Part shown: one piece after another, positions 11,967 to 26,000 of the stretch
Numbering within the stretch: position 1 is the first letter of the stretch
Layout: every line of letters starts with the position of its first letter
From: Selaginella moellendorffii
Lineage: Eukaryota > Plantae > Lycopodiophyta
DNA: 64,000 bases
NCBI RefSeq assembly: GCF_000143415.4
Contig: NW_003314289.1
Location: 1,420,293-1,484,292, forward strand
Direction: 5' to 3'
Notes under the pieces: generated by a model
The model's input: only the letters and a program-made list of their open reading frames with translations
Databases searched by the model: none
Told to the model about the DNA's origin: nothing
Translations under genes and position numbers: made by a program

Positions 11967-13548
<1,582 letters not shown>

Positions 13549-13679
13549 AAACTAAGATTTTCCTGATTCTTTCAAGCAAAACTATAGACATTGACACTCA
13601 CGAAAGGGTACATGACTTTTAAAAGTGAATATTAACTAATTCGTTTTTCATCCTGGTACTAAAGTTTTCGGGTAAAATA

Positions 13680-14067
13680 AAGGATGGATGCTGCTATCCA
13701 AAAGTGGCACTTTTAGACAAACAATCGTGAAAGGTTTAATGATCCATAGATGATCTATGGCCCCCAAAAGTTGCTAAGTTTGAGGATCAAGCTTCCCTCT
13801 CGAACGTACTTTCGAGTTGCTGTCATGGTGGCCCGTGAAAATGATGAAATTCCCACTGGTTTGCATCTGGATTGGAGCCACAGCCAGCTCGCACTGCGTT
13901 CCATATCGGTGAAGACTGGTACTTTTTGTTTGATTGATGCTAATGACAATACAATCAAGTCAGGGCGGATGCTGCCAGATGAAAAGCTTGTTGTCAAGAG
14001 GGAAGTAGCAACAAAAACCAAACAGAGCGAGCGAGCTCGATTAAATGCCTTATCTTTACATTGGTAG
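13680..14067 (+). pseudogene. Decayed ORF-X paralogue
   Basis: LRIKLPSRTYFRVAVMVARENDEIPTGLHLD matches ORF-X; N-terminus partly deleted. Confidence 0.75.
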
Positions 14068-14149
14068 ATATCTAAAATATAAACGCCTGTATTGAAGCAG
14101 AAATCCCCAGTTGAACTCTCTGAGACTCAAAAAAAGGAGAAACATCCCA

Positions 14150-14217
14150 AAGTGTCGGGGAATTGAACACGGGTTTATACCGTGGCAGGGTACTATTCTA
14201 CCAGTAGACCAGCAGTC
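14150..14217 (-). pseudogene. tRNA-Gly(GCC) pseudogene
   Basis: ggggaattgaacacgggtttataccgtggcagggtactattctaccagtagaccagcagt is the reverse complement of tRNA-Gly with T-arm, D-arm and acceptor-stem lesions. Confidence 0.85.
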
Positions 14218-14498
14218 ATGTTGGCTGCCATGGTCACACAGAGAAAAACAACAAAGATTGATGCTTGATGTATTATCTTCAATTTCACAAATTTTGTGTC
14301 TTAGTGAATTGAACAGACTTGGATCACCTCATGGCTATCAAAGAGATAGGCACTTCACAGCCATTAATGGGCACATAAAGAAATTATTACTCTACTCTTC
14401 AGATCAGAAGGTGTACAAAGGTAGACCATCTTCTGGGACACACAAATGCTTAGCACAGAGTATAAAGAAACATGAGATAAGTTATGCATACCTCCAGA

Positions 14499-14795
14499 TT
14501 ACAGCATCAGCTTGTTAAGCTCAGGTTTGTCCGTGCAGAAGCACAGTGCAGGATAAGTGTGGGCACAGATCTTACACTCCTGGTCCTCTGATGGGCAGGG
14601 CTTGGAGTCGGGGCAGCATTGAGAGTGCGGCATGCACTCCAGCTCTTTCAGGCTCCTGAAGTATGAGAGAAGAGAAGAAGCCGGCACAAACTTTGTGTTG
14701 GGAGCTATCTCAACAGCATTGGTGGACTCGAGTGAGGCAAATGCAAATGCAACAGTGAGTGTGAGAACAAGAGTGATCTTTGCTGCCTTGTCCAT
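14499..14795 (-). CDS. Secreted Cys-rich peptide, Bowman-Birk-like protease inhibitor (copy 2, loop CAHTYPALC)
   Basis: 98 aa, identical to copy 1 except KI>HT and SG>PE. Confidence 0.75.
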   Translation of the reverse strand: MDKAAKITLVLTLTVAFAFASLESTNAVEIAPNTKFVPASSLLSYFRSLKELECMPHSQCCPDSKPCPSEDQECKICAHTYPALCFCTDKPELNKLML

Positions 14796-15119
14796 GGGAT
14801 TTGCTTCGCAAGGATTAAACCGTGCTACTGCAAAGATAACAACAACAGGAGAGTGGTATGTATTATAGTGTGGAGGAAGACATGTATTTATGCTATTAGA
14901 CAGGCCTTGCGTGAATAACGTGGGCTAGGAGACGCTCAATGTGCTTGAGACACGTGCCAAGGCACAGTGGCAGTCACCGTGGACTTCGCTGGTATCAATG
15001 CCTGAGATGCTTAGAGCATATGCCCATGCATAGAATATAGAATCTTTGGAAACCAAAGATGCACCAGGCAGTCGTGAACGATTCTGCTCACGACATATAA
15101 GTGCCTGTAGGAAAACTCA

Positions 15120-15390
15120 AGCTGATCGCAGGCAGCCGGACTTCTTATTTGATAGCATGTCCTATGCTCGTTCACTCTTTGGATTTGCCAAAGACAACCT
15201 CTCCAGGTGGGGACAACAGCTTTTCTCTCTCTTTGTGATCGATAGGTTTTCCACTAGTGATTGAAGACGGTGATGTTATCCAAGGCTCGGTCGAAATCAC
15301 TCGCTCCAAAGGCCACCGGTTTCGGTCAAGATCACGAGCTTTGCTTGTCGGGAGAACAGTTTTATTATTCGGCCACGATTCCTCTAACAT
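15120..15390 (+). pseudogene. Decayed PRMT10 3' exon fragment
   Basis: tggggacaacag...VIEDGDVIQGSVEITRSKGHR, then frameshifts. Confidence 0.8.
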
Positions 15391-15454
15391 AAAGGGTAAA
15401 CACCCCAAGTTAATTCCTCTTACTAAAGTCTTCGTAGGTAAACAGAAAGGATTC

Positions 15455-15690
15455 ATGGGTGCTGCGAGCACAAAGATCCAAGGTTTAGGATGTAAAGCTC
15501 CAAAAAAGTTGTTAGAAGTTTGAGGACCAAGTTTCCCTCTCAAACTTAATTTCTTGCGGTCATGGAAGTGATGAAATTCCCACTGGTTTGCATCTGGATG
15601 TCAGGGATTTGGAGCCACGGGCAGCTCACACTGCGTTCTATATATTTAACGACAAATGCTGCAAGAGGTTGTCAAGTGATACTTGGTATT
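15455..15690 (+). pseudogene. Decayed ORF-X paralogue
   Basis: MGAASTKIQ...; IPTGLHLDVRDLEPRAA; deletions and stops. Confidence 0.75.
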
Positions 15691-15880
15691 TTTTCGAAAA
15701 ATTTCTGCTGCAAATCCCCGCATCTCTCTCTACTCGATGCAAGGCGGAATTGCTCCTCCTCGCTCCCACGGGCATGGAATCTCATAGCTCACTAATTTAA
15801 TCTCAGAGGTTCAAAGAGTTGAAAAGAAAAATTTGCACGGGGAACGGTTTAAACAATAGCAAAATACCTTTGAAATATTT

Positions 15881-15951
15881 TGCACTGCCCGGGAATCGAA
15901 CCCGGGTCTGTACCGTGGCAGGGTACTATTCTGCCACTAGACCAGCAGTGC
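15881..15951 (-). tRNA. tRNA-Gly(GCC)
   Basis: Reverse complement of the 8395-8465 gene with one D-loop change (GGC vs GGT). Confidence 0.95.
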
Positions 15952-15993
15952 AACATGTAGGAAATGTACTGTTTATCCTAACAAAACAGCGCT

Positions 15994-16040
15994 AAACCCT
16001 AAGCAGAGAATATACTCAAATATCCCAGCTTAAACCCTAG
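15994..16040 (+). promoter_or_regulatory. Telo-box motifs upstream of the TOM9/snoRNA host transcript
   Basis: AAACCCTAA at about 15994 and AAACCCTAG at 16032, typical of plant snoRNA and translation-machinery promoters. Confidence 0.5.
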
Positions 16041-16106
16041 AGGCGGCGGCCATGGAGTGCTTATAAGCGAGGGAGCCCAGGTATGCGGTGTTTTCCGTCT
16101 TTGGTA

Positions 16107-16192
16107 GCACAGTGATGAGAGAATTTGGGTTGATGAGCGGGGAAGAAACATCCCCCTTTGATTCTACACAACCTCCTACTCATACTGAGTGC
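16107..16192 (+). ncRNA. Intronic box C/D snoRNA predicted to guide 25S rRNA Am in AUG[A]GUAGGAGG (plant snoR7-like)
   Basis: Terminal stem GCAC/GTGC; C box GTGATGA 16112-16118; D box CTGA 16185-16188 preceded by CCTCCTACTCAT, antisense to LSU ATGAGTAGGAGG. Confidence 0.8.
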
Positions 16193-16228
16193 CCTCTTCT
16201 TCTTCTTCTTTTTCTTCTTCTTGTTGTT

Positions 16229-16312
16229 TGGGCAGAGGATGACAGATTCTTAATGGGTAATTTGCGGCTGACCACATTGGTGTGATGCCTCACCTTGGAG
16301 ACCTGATGCCCA
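16229..16312 (+). ncRNA. Intronic dual-guide box C/D snoRNA (plant snoR15-like; U16/snR87 plus U55 targets)
   Basis: Stem TGGGCA/TGCCCA; C box AGGATGA; D' CTGA 16268-16271 after GGGTAATTTGCG (anti 18S CGCAAAUUACCC); D CTGA 16303-16306 after TCACCTTGGAGAC (anti LSU GUCUCCAAGGUGA). Confidence 0.88.
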
Positions 16313-16397
16313 TTTGGATGTCGAGACAGAGAGCCCTATAAATCTTGATCGAAACTTTGTGAACTTTTGTCTTTCAGGTTTCTTTGATCTTTGGAGA

Positions 16398-16660
16398 TGG
16401 GCGATGGCTCTGTTTTGAGCCGAGTGAGCAGCAGCATTGCCGAATCGAGGCGTGCGGTGAGCAGCACTTGCGTGTTTGGAGGTCGAGTGCTGCGCAGCAC
16501 GGGCAAGGCGGCATGGATTGCAGGCACAACACTTTTGCTGCTGGTTGTGCCGCTTATTTTTGAGGTGGACAGGGACCAGCAGCTGCAGGAGCTCGAGTCT
16601 CAACAAGCGACGCTGCTGGGTGGTGCGGCCCAGCCTGCTGCTGCTGCTGCTGCGGCCTAA
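16398..16660 (+). CDS. TOM9: Mitochondrial import receptor TOM9 (plant Tom22)
   Basis: RVLRSTGKAAWIAGTTLLLLVVPLIFEVDRDQQL; 5'-UTR intron about 16081-16378. Confidence 0.92.
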
Positions 16661-17049
16661 TGAGGATTTAACGATGATCTTGTTCTATCCTGATGAATCC
16701 TGAAGGTCCCGAGCATGGGCCATGAGCTCATACGAAACATAAAAACTGTTTATTGCTTTGGGATTAAAAAAAAAACTAAATAAAAATAGTTGAATATTCG
16801 TGGAAGATCATCCACGATAGTATCTTGGACAGCGGGATTTTGCAGTTTGATCCGCTGGTTGCTATTGCTTTGATTGAGATGTATGCTTGCTACAAGCAAT
16901 CTGAGGAAGCAATGCTGGTTTTTGATGGGTTGTAGGAGCGAGGCTAGGAAGCATGGTCTAGTATTATCACGCTTTTTCTGGAAACAGGCACAAGAGACAA
17001 GCTGTTTTGATAATTTATGAGCCATTTGATGGATTATAGTAAAATCTGT

Positions 17050-20000
17050 TGTGATTGAGTGTATGGAATATAGGAAAGGAATATAGAAAATATGAATATC
17101 AATTAGCCTAAAACCCTTAGTTTATATGTAAGAGTGAATGGTTTGGATTAAAACCAATCCAACGGCTACTAAAATCCTATTATGCTAATATTAATATACA
17201 GCATTGTAATTGTACATTTGGACTTCATATCATCCCTTCCTTTTGGAATAATGGAAGACCATTAGAGTTCTTTTCTTATAGATGGGCTAGAATCTGGAGG
17301 AACATTAGGAGGAGGTATTGGTGGATATGTAGGTGGTATCAATTATTCTTGATCCCTTTATATAAAGTGTTTCAATTGTTGCATATGCACAATTTTTGAA
17401 GGACTGGTATGTTGGACGTCATGCCAAATTTCATAAACTTGTAGTCCAATTTGCCGTAACACTCGATACAATCCTTTCCACTAAGCAAGGAGCCTGTTAG
17501 ATAAACCATGTACTGTAAGATGGGGAAAACAAATTCACTCCACATCATCCATTGTCGCAAATGTGATTTCGGGTATCAAAAGATATTTGTCAGCCAGTCC
17601 TTACTGGCACTCTTTCCTTACTGCCATGACGACAGGAGGTCGGTACTGCTGGTTCCCTTTATTAGCCCCTTTTGTCCAAATGTTAGTAAACTGGACTCAG
17701 CATCTGTACTTGGCTGGATGAGCATAAAGAAGGAATTCTTAAGTGTCTATTTAGCCAAGCATATTTGGCCCAGCTTGTTAATTCTCTTTTGCTCTGTCTT
17801 ACACTAGGTTGGCAAAAACCCTCACTTGTTGAAATTAGTCCCTCAATATTGTGTCTGCCAAACACTCTTGCTATCACGCCCTTTGTGTCAGTCTCATGTA
17901 GAGATCAGCCTGAACACAATTGTGTTCGTCTTATGTGCAAATTTGCAATCTAAGGCCATTCCATATTTGGTAAGATTCAGACTTGTTCCAGAGAGGGGAG
18001 GGGGGAGGGGGGGGGGTTCAAAAATGTATAGTAGGGATAGTGGTTGGAATGCATGTCTGACCATCTGAGATATTAATTTGGCTCCTACTGGGCTGTGTCG
18101 CTCCTTGTTCTGCATCTGGCTTCCATGCTGCTCTAGTCGGTGAGGTACCCTCCTCCTCACGTTAGGCCACCGGTATGCCAAAATTGTGCCAAATTCCGTC
18201 TGACATCATTTTGCATGCAGGTGTTGGATACAGAGAGCTGGTGCTCGTGGGATTGTATTGGACCCTCGTTTTGTAGTGCAACGGGCTTAGAGTTCGGCTC
18301 CAAATTCAGGTGCGCTACATTTGGTATCAGAGCAAATGGCATGGGTTCAATTCCCATTGATTAGTGGCTACTTAAAAATATAATATACCCTTGAGCAAGG
18401 TATATTCCTACCCCTAAATTTGAAATTGTACGTATTGGGCATCCATACATACGTCCTTCCTGTTGTGTGGAGTATCTACGAACGAAGGTATCCACTGTGG
18501 GACTGTGGTACGGGTGGATGACTAGTTGCTTCACATGGAATAATTAATTTACACAATGGAAGGATTGGTAGATTCAGTGCGGAAATGGAGGTGCTGGTTC
18601 CCCTTGGCTCAATAGGGGTAATTTTCCCCTTGACATCTCTAAATGGGGGGTGAGTGTAGCACATGTGATCATGGGATGAGATTTGAATATACTGTCACCG
18701 TGGATCCTTGAAACCTTGGGGGATAAATGGGGATAAAATAGCCACTAAGGGCTCTCTCATTAAGCAATTGCCCCTTTTCCAGTTAGTTTAAGGGGAGAGA
18801 GATAAAGTGTGTTACAGTTGGTAAAAAAGAACTGGACTCCTCCTCAAGTTCTGAGGACGATAAAGTTCTGCAGCCGCCCTCGGTTGCACGAGTTTCAAAG
18901 TTCAAGCCTCCGAAACCACCCAACTTCAGAGGCATGCGGGACTATCAAGTTTTGGAAGATTGGGTTTACAATATGGAAAACTATTTCATAGCGGCAGACG
19001 TAGATGATCGTATGAAAGTTGCGTGTGCGCAGTCCTTTCTCACCGATCATACCAAAACTTGGTGGTGCCAGGTGTGTGCTGAAAAAGGGCAGACTAGAAG
19101 TTGGACCAAGATGCGGTCTCGTATCCGTAAGGAATACTTGCCGGATGATCTTGGTTTGAGACTTGGTGCAAAGCTGCGACAGTTAAAGCAGCAAGGGGAC
19201 CTTATGCATTACGTTAATATGTTTGCTTAGAAGCACATTATAACTGCAAATATGAGTGATGAAGATGCTCAGAGTTATTTTCTGGAGGGTTTAAGTTCAT
19301 TTTCTCGCAATGAGATTTTGAAGTTTAAGCCAAAGACGTACCTGGAGTGTAAGGAGGCAGCACAACAAGTTGCCTTTAGTCACTCACTCATGGAACAATA
19401 TCAGCAACCGTATGTTGGTAACTTGGATAAGAATAGGAATCCTGGGAATAAACAAGGTGATCGGAAATAAAGGGTGGAAAGTAGGTTCCGCCCTAGAGGC
19501 TCACAAGCAACAGTTAACAAAGGTGGTGGTGGTTGGAGACCACCAGTAGATTCTTCTGGTCCTAGGCCCTCTGTTCCTCCTCCTGGTGGGTACAAGTAGT
19601 AGTAACCTACAAAACCTACTCCTAGCGGAATGGGTAGTGTGGGTCATTGCTACCATTGTGGAGAATCAAGATATAGGTCCTCGGAATGTCCCAATAAGCA
19701 TAAGACAAGGTCTCGGGTTAATGTCATGAGGGAAGACAGTGGTGGCGAAGCTAAAGGGGTTGACGAGTTGGTCAGTGTGGACTATGAGGAAGAAGAGGTG
19801 AGTAACTTTCGTTGCTTTCCTCAAGCTTTTCTTGCAATCAATGCAAACACTGATCTGTTAATATATCTGGTAGGCTTTGTTCATGGACACCAGTGAGTGA
19901 TGATTGACACGGGAGCTACGCACAGCGTGATATCCGAAGACTTAGTTAAGTTGTTAGGATTGAATGCTGAGCAAATGTCACCTATGCATTTCCGGTTTGT

Positions 20001-23000
20001 GGAAGGTGGGCAAGTAGCCAGAAAGTTTGTGAGTGATGTTCCAATAAAGATATCCAAGTGGAAAGAAAGAGTGGACTTGGTAGTGTTGAAGATACCAGAT
20101 TTTTAGATGGTGTTTGGTATGGACTTCTTCAACAAATACATAAAAGGGATTTATGGTGCTGGACAAAGTCGTATCACGTTGAAGTCAAAAGAATGTCCTG
20201 ATGTGTCCTTCCAGTTGCAAAAGCGCTCTTCAAAGGATTGGGATGCTAAGTTCCTGACTATGAGGGCCGCTCAAAAAGCAGCTAAGAAGGGATGTCGGAC
20301 CTTTTGGGTTCAAGTGATGGAAGCTGAGGATATTGGTGACTCAGTTCGAATCTGTGATGGGGTTGATCCTATACCAAAGAAGATATTGGAGTTGTTGGCA
20401 AAGAATCAGGATATCTTTCCAAAGGATTTACTGCCAGGGCTACCTCCTAGCCATGAGGTTGATTATCGGATTGAGGTTATTCTGGGTTCTAAACCACATA
20501 TAAAGGCTCCGTATTGTCTAAACATCAAGGAGATGCTGAACTCAAGAAGCAACTCACAGAGCTTCTTGACAAAGGTCATATATGACCAAGCAAGTCACCT
20601 TATGAAGCACTGGTCCTTTTTGTTATGAAAAAGGATGGAACCATGAGGATGTGTATTGACTATCGGGCACTCAATAAGATCACGGTTAAAAATAGTTATC
20701 CTTTACCTCGCATTGATGACTTATTTGACCAACTCTTAAAGGCTAAGTATTTTATGCGACTTGATTTGCGGTCCAAGTATCATTAGATATGGGTGGCAGA
20801 TCAGGATGTGGAGAAGACAGCCTTTAAGACTCAGTACGGATCTTATGAGTTTCTTGTAACACACTAAGCTACTTTGCTATGTAGCCTAAGCTTATGCCGA
20901 AGTAGGCTCGTTGGCAAGAGAAGCTTGCTAGATATGATATTGAAATCATATATAAACCTGGTAAAGACAATATTGTCCCGGATGCATTGAGTCATCAGGC
21001 TCAATTCCGGGCAATATCGGCAATTAGTTTGGACTGGTTAGAGGACGTTTGGGCTTCATATGGTAGTGATCCATTGGCGAAGGCAATCTTATGCCGTGCG
21101 GGGTTGTTGAAGTAGAGCTCTGGTAGCGAAACAGCGAAAGTTGCTAGTCGCACTAATACGAAGTTTCACTTCTCAGTTCGGGATGGGCTTATATTCTATA
21201 AGCAAGAAAGATTGTATCTTCCCTCTAAGGATCTTTAGTAGTTATTTTTGTGAGAACATCATGATGTTCCAGCAGCGGGACATGGTGGACAGCGAAAGAC
21301 TCTGGCTTCATTGAAAAAGGAATTTTTCTGGTTTGGTATGGAAAGTGATGTAGCGGACTATGTCCGTTCCTGCCCTATATGCCAGCAATGTAAGTGCAAA
21401 ATTGAGAAGCAGGCTGGAAAGTTGTAGTGCATTCCAGTACCGGCATGGCCATTTCAGAGTGTGACACTTGATTTCGTCACTTGCTTGCCGAAGTCAAAGG
21501 GTTATGATACTTTGATGGTGGTTGTGGATCAGTTGTCAAAGATTGCACACTTCATTCCAACTATGGGAACAATAAATGCGAAACAAGTAGCAAAGCTCTT
21601 TTTCCATGAAGTAGTGCAAGTTCATGGTCTTCCTAAAGAGATGATCTCGGATAGAGATTCGAGGTTTACGGGGAAGTTTTGGGGCACACTATTCTAGCTG
21701 TTTGGTACCACGTTGAAGTTTAGTACAGCTTATCATCCTCAAATTGATGGGTAGACCGAACACGTGAATGCTCAAGTTGAGGATTATCTGTGGTACTATG
21801 TCACGGCAGACCAATGCGACTGGTTGAGCATTTGGATACAGCAGAAATCTATTATAACAACACATTTCACAGCGCTATATGTTATTCTCCATGGGAGATG
21901 TTGCAAGGGAATGCTTGTGGGGTTCCTCAACAGATTGTTGTACTGAAACCAATGTCCGAAGTGTTGGTCCCGGACATTGAGACTTATGCAAAGCAGCTAC
22001 GCCAAGGTTGGTCTAGAGCTACTGAGGCGATAGGCAAAGCTCAAGATACGTATCGACATGATAAGGATTAGCATTGTCGGGATGTATCCTATCAAGTGGG
22101 AGATCAGATGTGGCTATCTTCCTGGAACATAAGTGTTAAGGGATCTTTATCTCAGAAGCTGCTACCGAGATATGTTAAACCCTATCGAGTGTTGAGGCGC
22201 ATTGGTAATGTATCCTATCAGTTGGATCTTCCGGCAGAGATGTCCAATATTCATAATATATTTCATGCCAATCTCTTGGCTCCATACACTATAGATGATG
22301 CACGTCAAGCGGAGATTCGTCCACCACCAGCAGTTGTGGATGGTGAACCTAAATATGAAGTGGAAGCTATTTTGGGTACGCGCTGGCTTAAACATGCCAA
22401 ATGTCAAGAGTATCTAGTTAAGTGGAAAGGTTACCCATCTTGTGAATCAACTTAGCAGCCTCTTAGCAATCTTACTCATGCTCGTGAGCTTGTCACGGAG
22501 TATGACTATCATAATAAAGATTAGCTTTTGTAAATCTTGTAATAAATCTTGCAAATTAATAAAGTAATATATTTCTATAAATCAAAGTGTCGTTTATCTT
22601 GTTCGTCAGTACTTGGGTCAGTTTTGGCAGGCTGACTTCGGCACTTCGGTGCATGGGTCCAATCCATAACCATAGGGATCCCTATTATAGATTGATCACA
22701 AGTCCTCGCCTCTCTCTCAATGACTCATTTTTGCAAAGGGGCGTGGTCGTGTAAACAACTTAATCTGCCAGTTTATAATAATTGTCTAAATCTTCCCGAC
22801 GGGGTTGATTTCTTGCTCAGGGGAAGTTAAGCATCTGGCCTTCTCCCTATGTTCCTGCGGGCAGGGATGTATCATTCCTTTGTAAGCCAAGTGGTACTCG
22901 GAGCAACAAGGGTGGCTAACTCCGTTAGTCATTTCCTTGTTGGCGACGGCCGGAGGGTGCCTAAGTCTTAACGTCTTTGGATGTAGAGGAAAGGTTGTTC

Positions 23001-26000
23001 CATAACTCATTTAAGTTGGTGCATTTCCCACATAGTGTGCTTTCCGTGAACTTTCGGGGTTGTTTCCTTGACGGTTTGCTAGACTCGGGTATGCATTGAC
23101 GAGGACGTCGATCTTCCCCAAGGGGGAGAGAGTGTCGTGAATGTGACTTCGGATATCAAAAGATACTTGTCATACAGTCCTTACGGGCACTATTTCCTTA
23201 CTGCCATGATGGCAGGAGGTCGGTACTGCTGGTTCCCTTTATTAACCCCTTTTGTTAAAGTATTAGTAAATTGGACTTAGCATCTGTACTTGGCCGGATG
23301 AGCATAAGGAAGGAATTCCTAAATGTCTATTTAACCAAGCATACTTGGCCCGACTTGTTAGTTCTTTTTTGCTCTGTCTTGCACTGGCTTGGCAAGAACC
23401 CTTGTGTGTTGAGAATAGTCCCTCAATATTGCTGGATGATAGCTTATCGTGTCTGCCAAACACCCTCGCTATCACGCCCTTTGTGTTAGTCTCATTTCGG
23501 TCCCAAGTGCTATTTATGGAAAGTGTCTAAATTAGCTCATTTGGCATATCTATGGAATGTAGAGATTGGCCTGAACACAATTGTGTTCATCCTGTGTCCA
23601 AATTTGCAATCTAAGGCCATTCCATATTTGGTAAGTTTTGGACTTGTCCTAGAGACTAACTCCTAGTACTAAGGGAGGCTTGGGGTGAAAGCCCAAAGCA
23701 TGTGTCCCTCAAGGAGGGGGGCTGTGGGGGGTTCCAAATGTATAGTAGGGATAGTGGTTGGAATGCATGTCCGACCACCTGAGACATTAGTTTGGCTCCC
23801 ACTAGGTTGTGTCGTTCCTTGTTTTGCGTCCGGCTTAGGTCTAAGCCAAAGCTCCATGCTACTCTAGTTGGTGGGGTACCCTCCTCCTCGCGTTAGGCCA
23901 CTGGTATGCCAAAATTGTGCCAAACTCCGTCTGACACCATTTTGCATGCAAGTGCTGGATATGGGGAGCTAGTGCTCGTGGGATTGTCATTTTGTAGTGC
24001 AACGGCTTGGAGTTCAGCTCCAAATTCAGGTGCGTTACATCCATTTTGTACTCCTCATGTGGATGATGACAGGAGTTGTAGTGCCATTGTTGTCGCATTT
24101 GTACATGGCATAAGTGTTCGGTAGACTCTACTCAGACAAGTGGAAGAATGCTCATCAAATACTAATCCTACAACTGAGCATCAGTAGCTCGTGGCACTCG
24201 TGAAGGTAAACCCAGCTCCGTTGGTAATATTAAATCATGACCATATAGGAGTTTTTATGGTGAAACACCAACATAACTCTACACCTCTATGATATATGCA
24301 TACTGAAGAGACGACAAATAACCATCCCAATCTTAGTGTTGAAAGTTCACATACTTCGCAATTGTTCCTTTGAATGTCCGAAAGAGCCGTTCCACCAAAC
24401 CATTTGATTGTGGATAATAAACACTCGTGAAAGTGTGATGTATCCCCAACCGAGACATCCAAACATAAAATGACTTAGCTATAAATGCGGGACCATTATT
24501 TGAAAGAATCTACTTCGAACAAGAATGCTGGAATACCACTTGATTGGGGGAGAAGTATCTAACAATAGTTGTAGAGGCGTTAGTAAGAGCACAAACTTCC
24601 ACCCAATGAGTTAAATAGTCAGAAGCAATAATAACATATTTATTGCCAATAGTCGATCTTCAAAAAGGTCCCATAAAATCATATGCCACCAACTCAAACG
24701 GACGGGAAATTGCAATTGATCTAACCGTCCTTTTGCGGCACGAGGGAGAGTATTACAACCTTAGCACCAAACGTAGCTATGCACATACTAGATAATATCA
24801 CATCACACCTCCGGTTAATAGAAAGATTTGCACAACTTATCAGTCACATGACAATATCACATATGCCCGCTTAGAATAGGAGAATCATGGTAGGCATAGA
24901 GAAACTATGGAATAAAGACAGAAGACACCACTAGCCATAAATGATTATCAGAATCTGTCCCTACAAAATAAAGAAGGCTCTCTTCAAGGCGATATTAAAA
25001 ATGTAAATGCCGAAATAGCAAGTCATCAGTAAATGATGCAAGATTCTCAAAGCCATCTCAAAGCCTTTGAATTTATAGCTCAATATTTTGAGCCTAAAGA
25101 AAGAAGAGGAGCAAGTGGATCAAATCATCATCAATGAAGTCAGTAGTCACTTTCGGCATATCGCAAAGAACCTCGTCCATCATTCATTGGAAAATTGTAG
25201 GAGCATTGTTCAAACTAAATGGCATCACCAAGAACTCGTACAAATTAAATGGTGTATAAAAAGCAATCTTAGAAATATCTTCCTTGGTCATTGATACTTG
25301 CCAATACCCAAAAGTAAGATCTAGTTTAGTGAACTAATGACTTCTCCCTAAATGATCCAAGAAATCAATAGTGTGAGGAAGAAGATATATATCTGGGATT
25401 GTCACTTCTTTTAACGGACGATAGTCGATACAGAAACAAATATTTCTATCAGGCTTGGTTACAAGATGAGGTTCACAAGCCTAAAGACTCCACGACTTTC
25501 AAATAATACCCTTTTCTAACATCTCATTGACGTTTACATGTAAAATATTGATTTCTTTGGGTGATTGACAATGAATAGGAACCTTGATTGGATAAGCATC
25601 CTTGGTTAGAATCGGATGATATGTGGCAATCTTTGCCTCAAACAATAGATCAAATTCAAAGAGATTGGCATACTCCTTTATGAGTTAGTCCACTACTGCA
25701 ACACAAAGACTATTGAAGGGATCGAAAAAAGAAAAAGCTGAACAAAACAAAAATATAGGAAGAAATAATGGGGAGAAAAAAGTAATGGAAGTAGAGGTAG
25801 AAGTAGAGGGACAAAAGTGAAAGGAATAATATGAGACAAGCAGGAGAAGCCTCAAAGTCACACTTGGCATGATTGCACTGCAACCAATTCATACCAAGGA
25901 TGAGGTCAAAAGCTTGATTCAGTACCACCTGTAATGATTGCAACCTAAGCTTGAGATCGCCCACACATACAACCAGGTCCACCTCATCCCGTGCACATAC

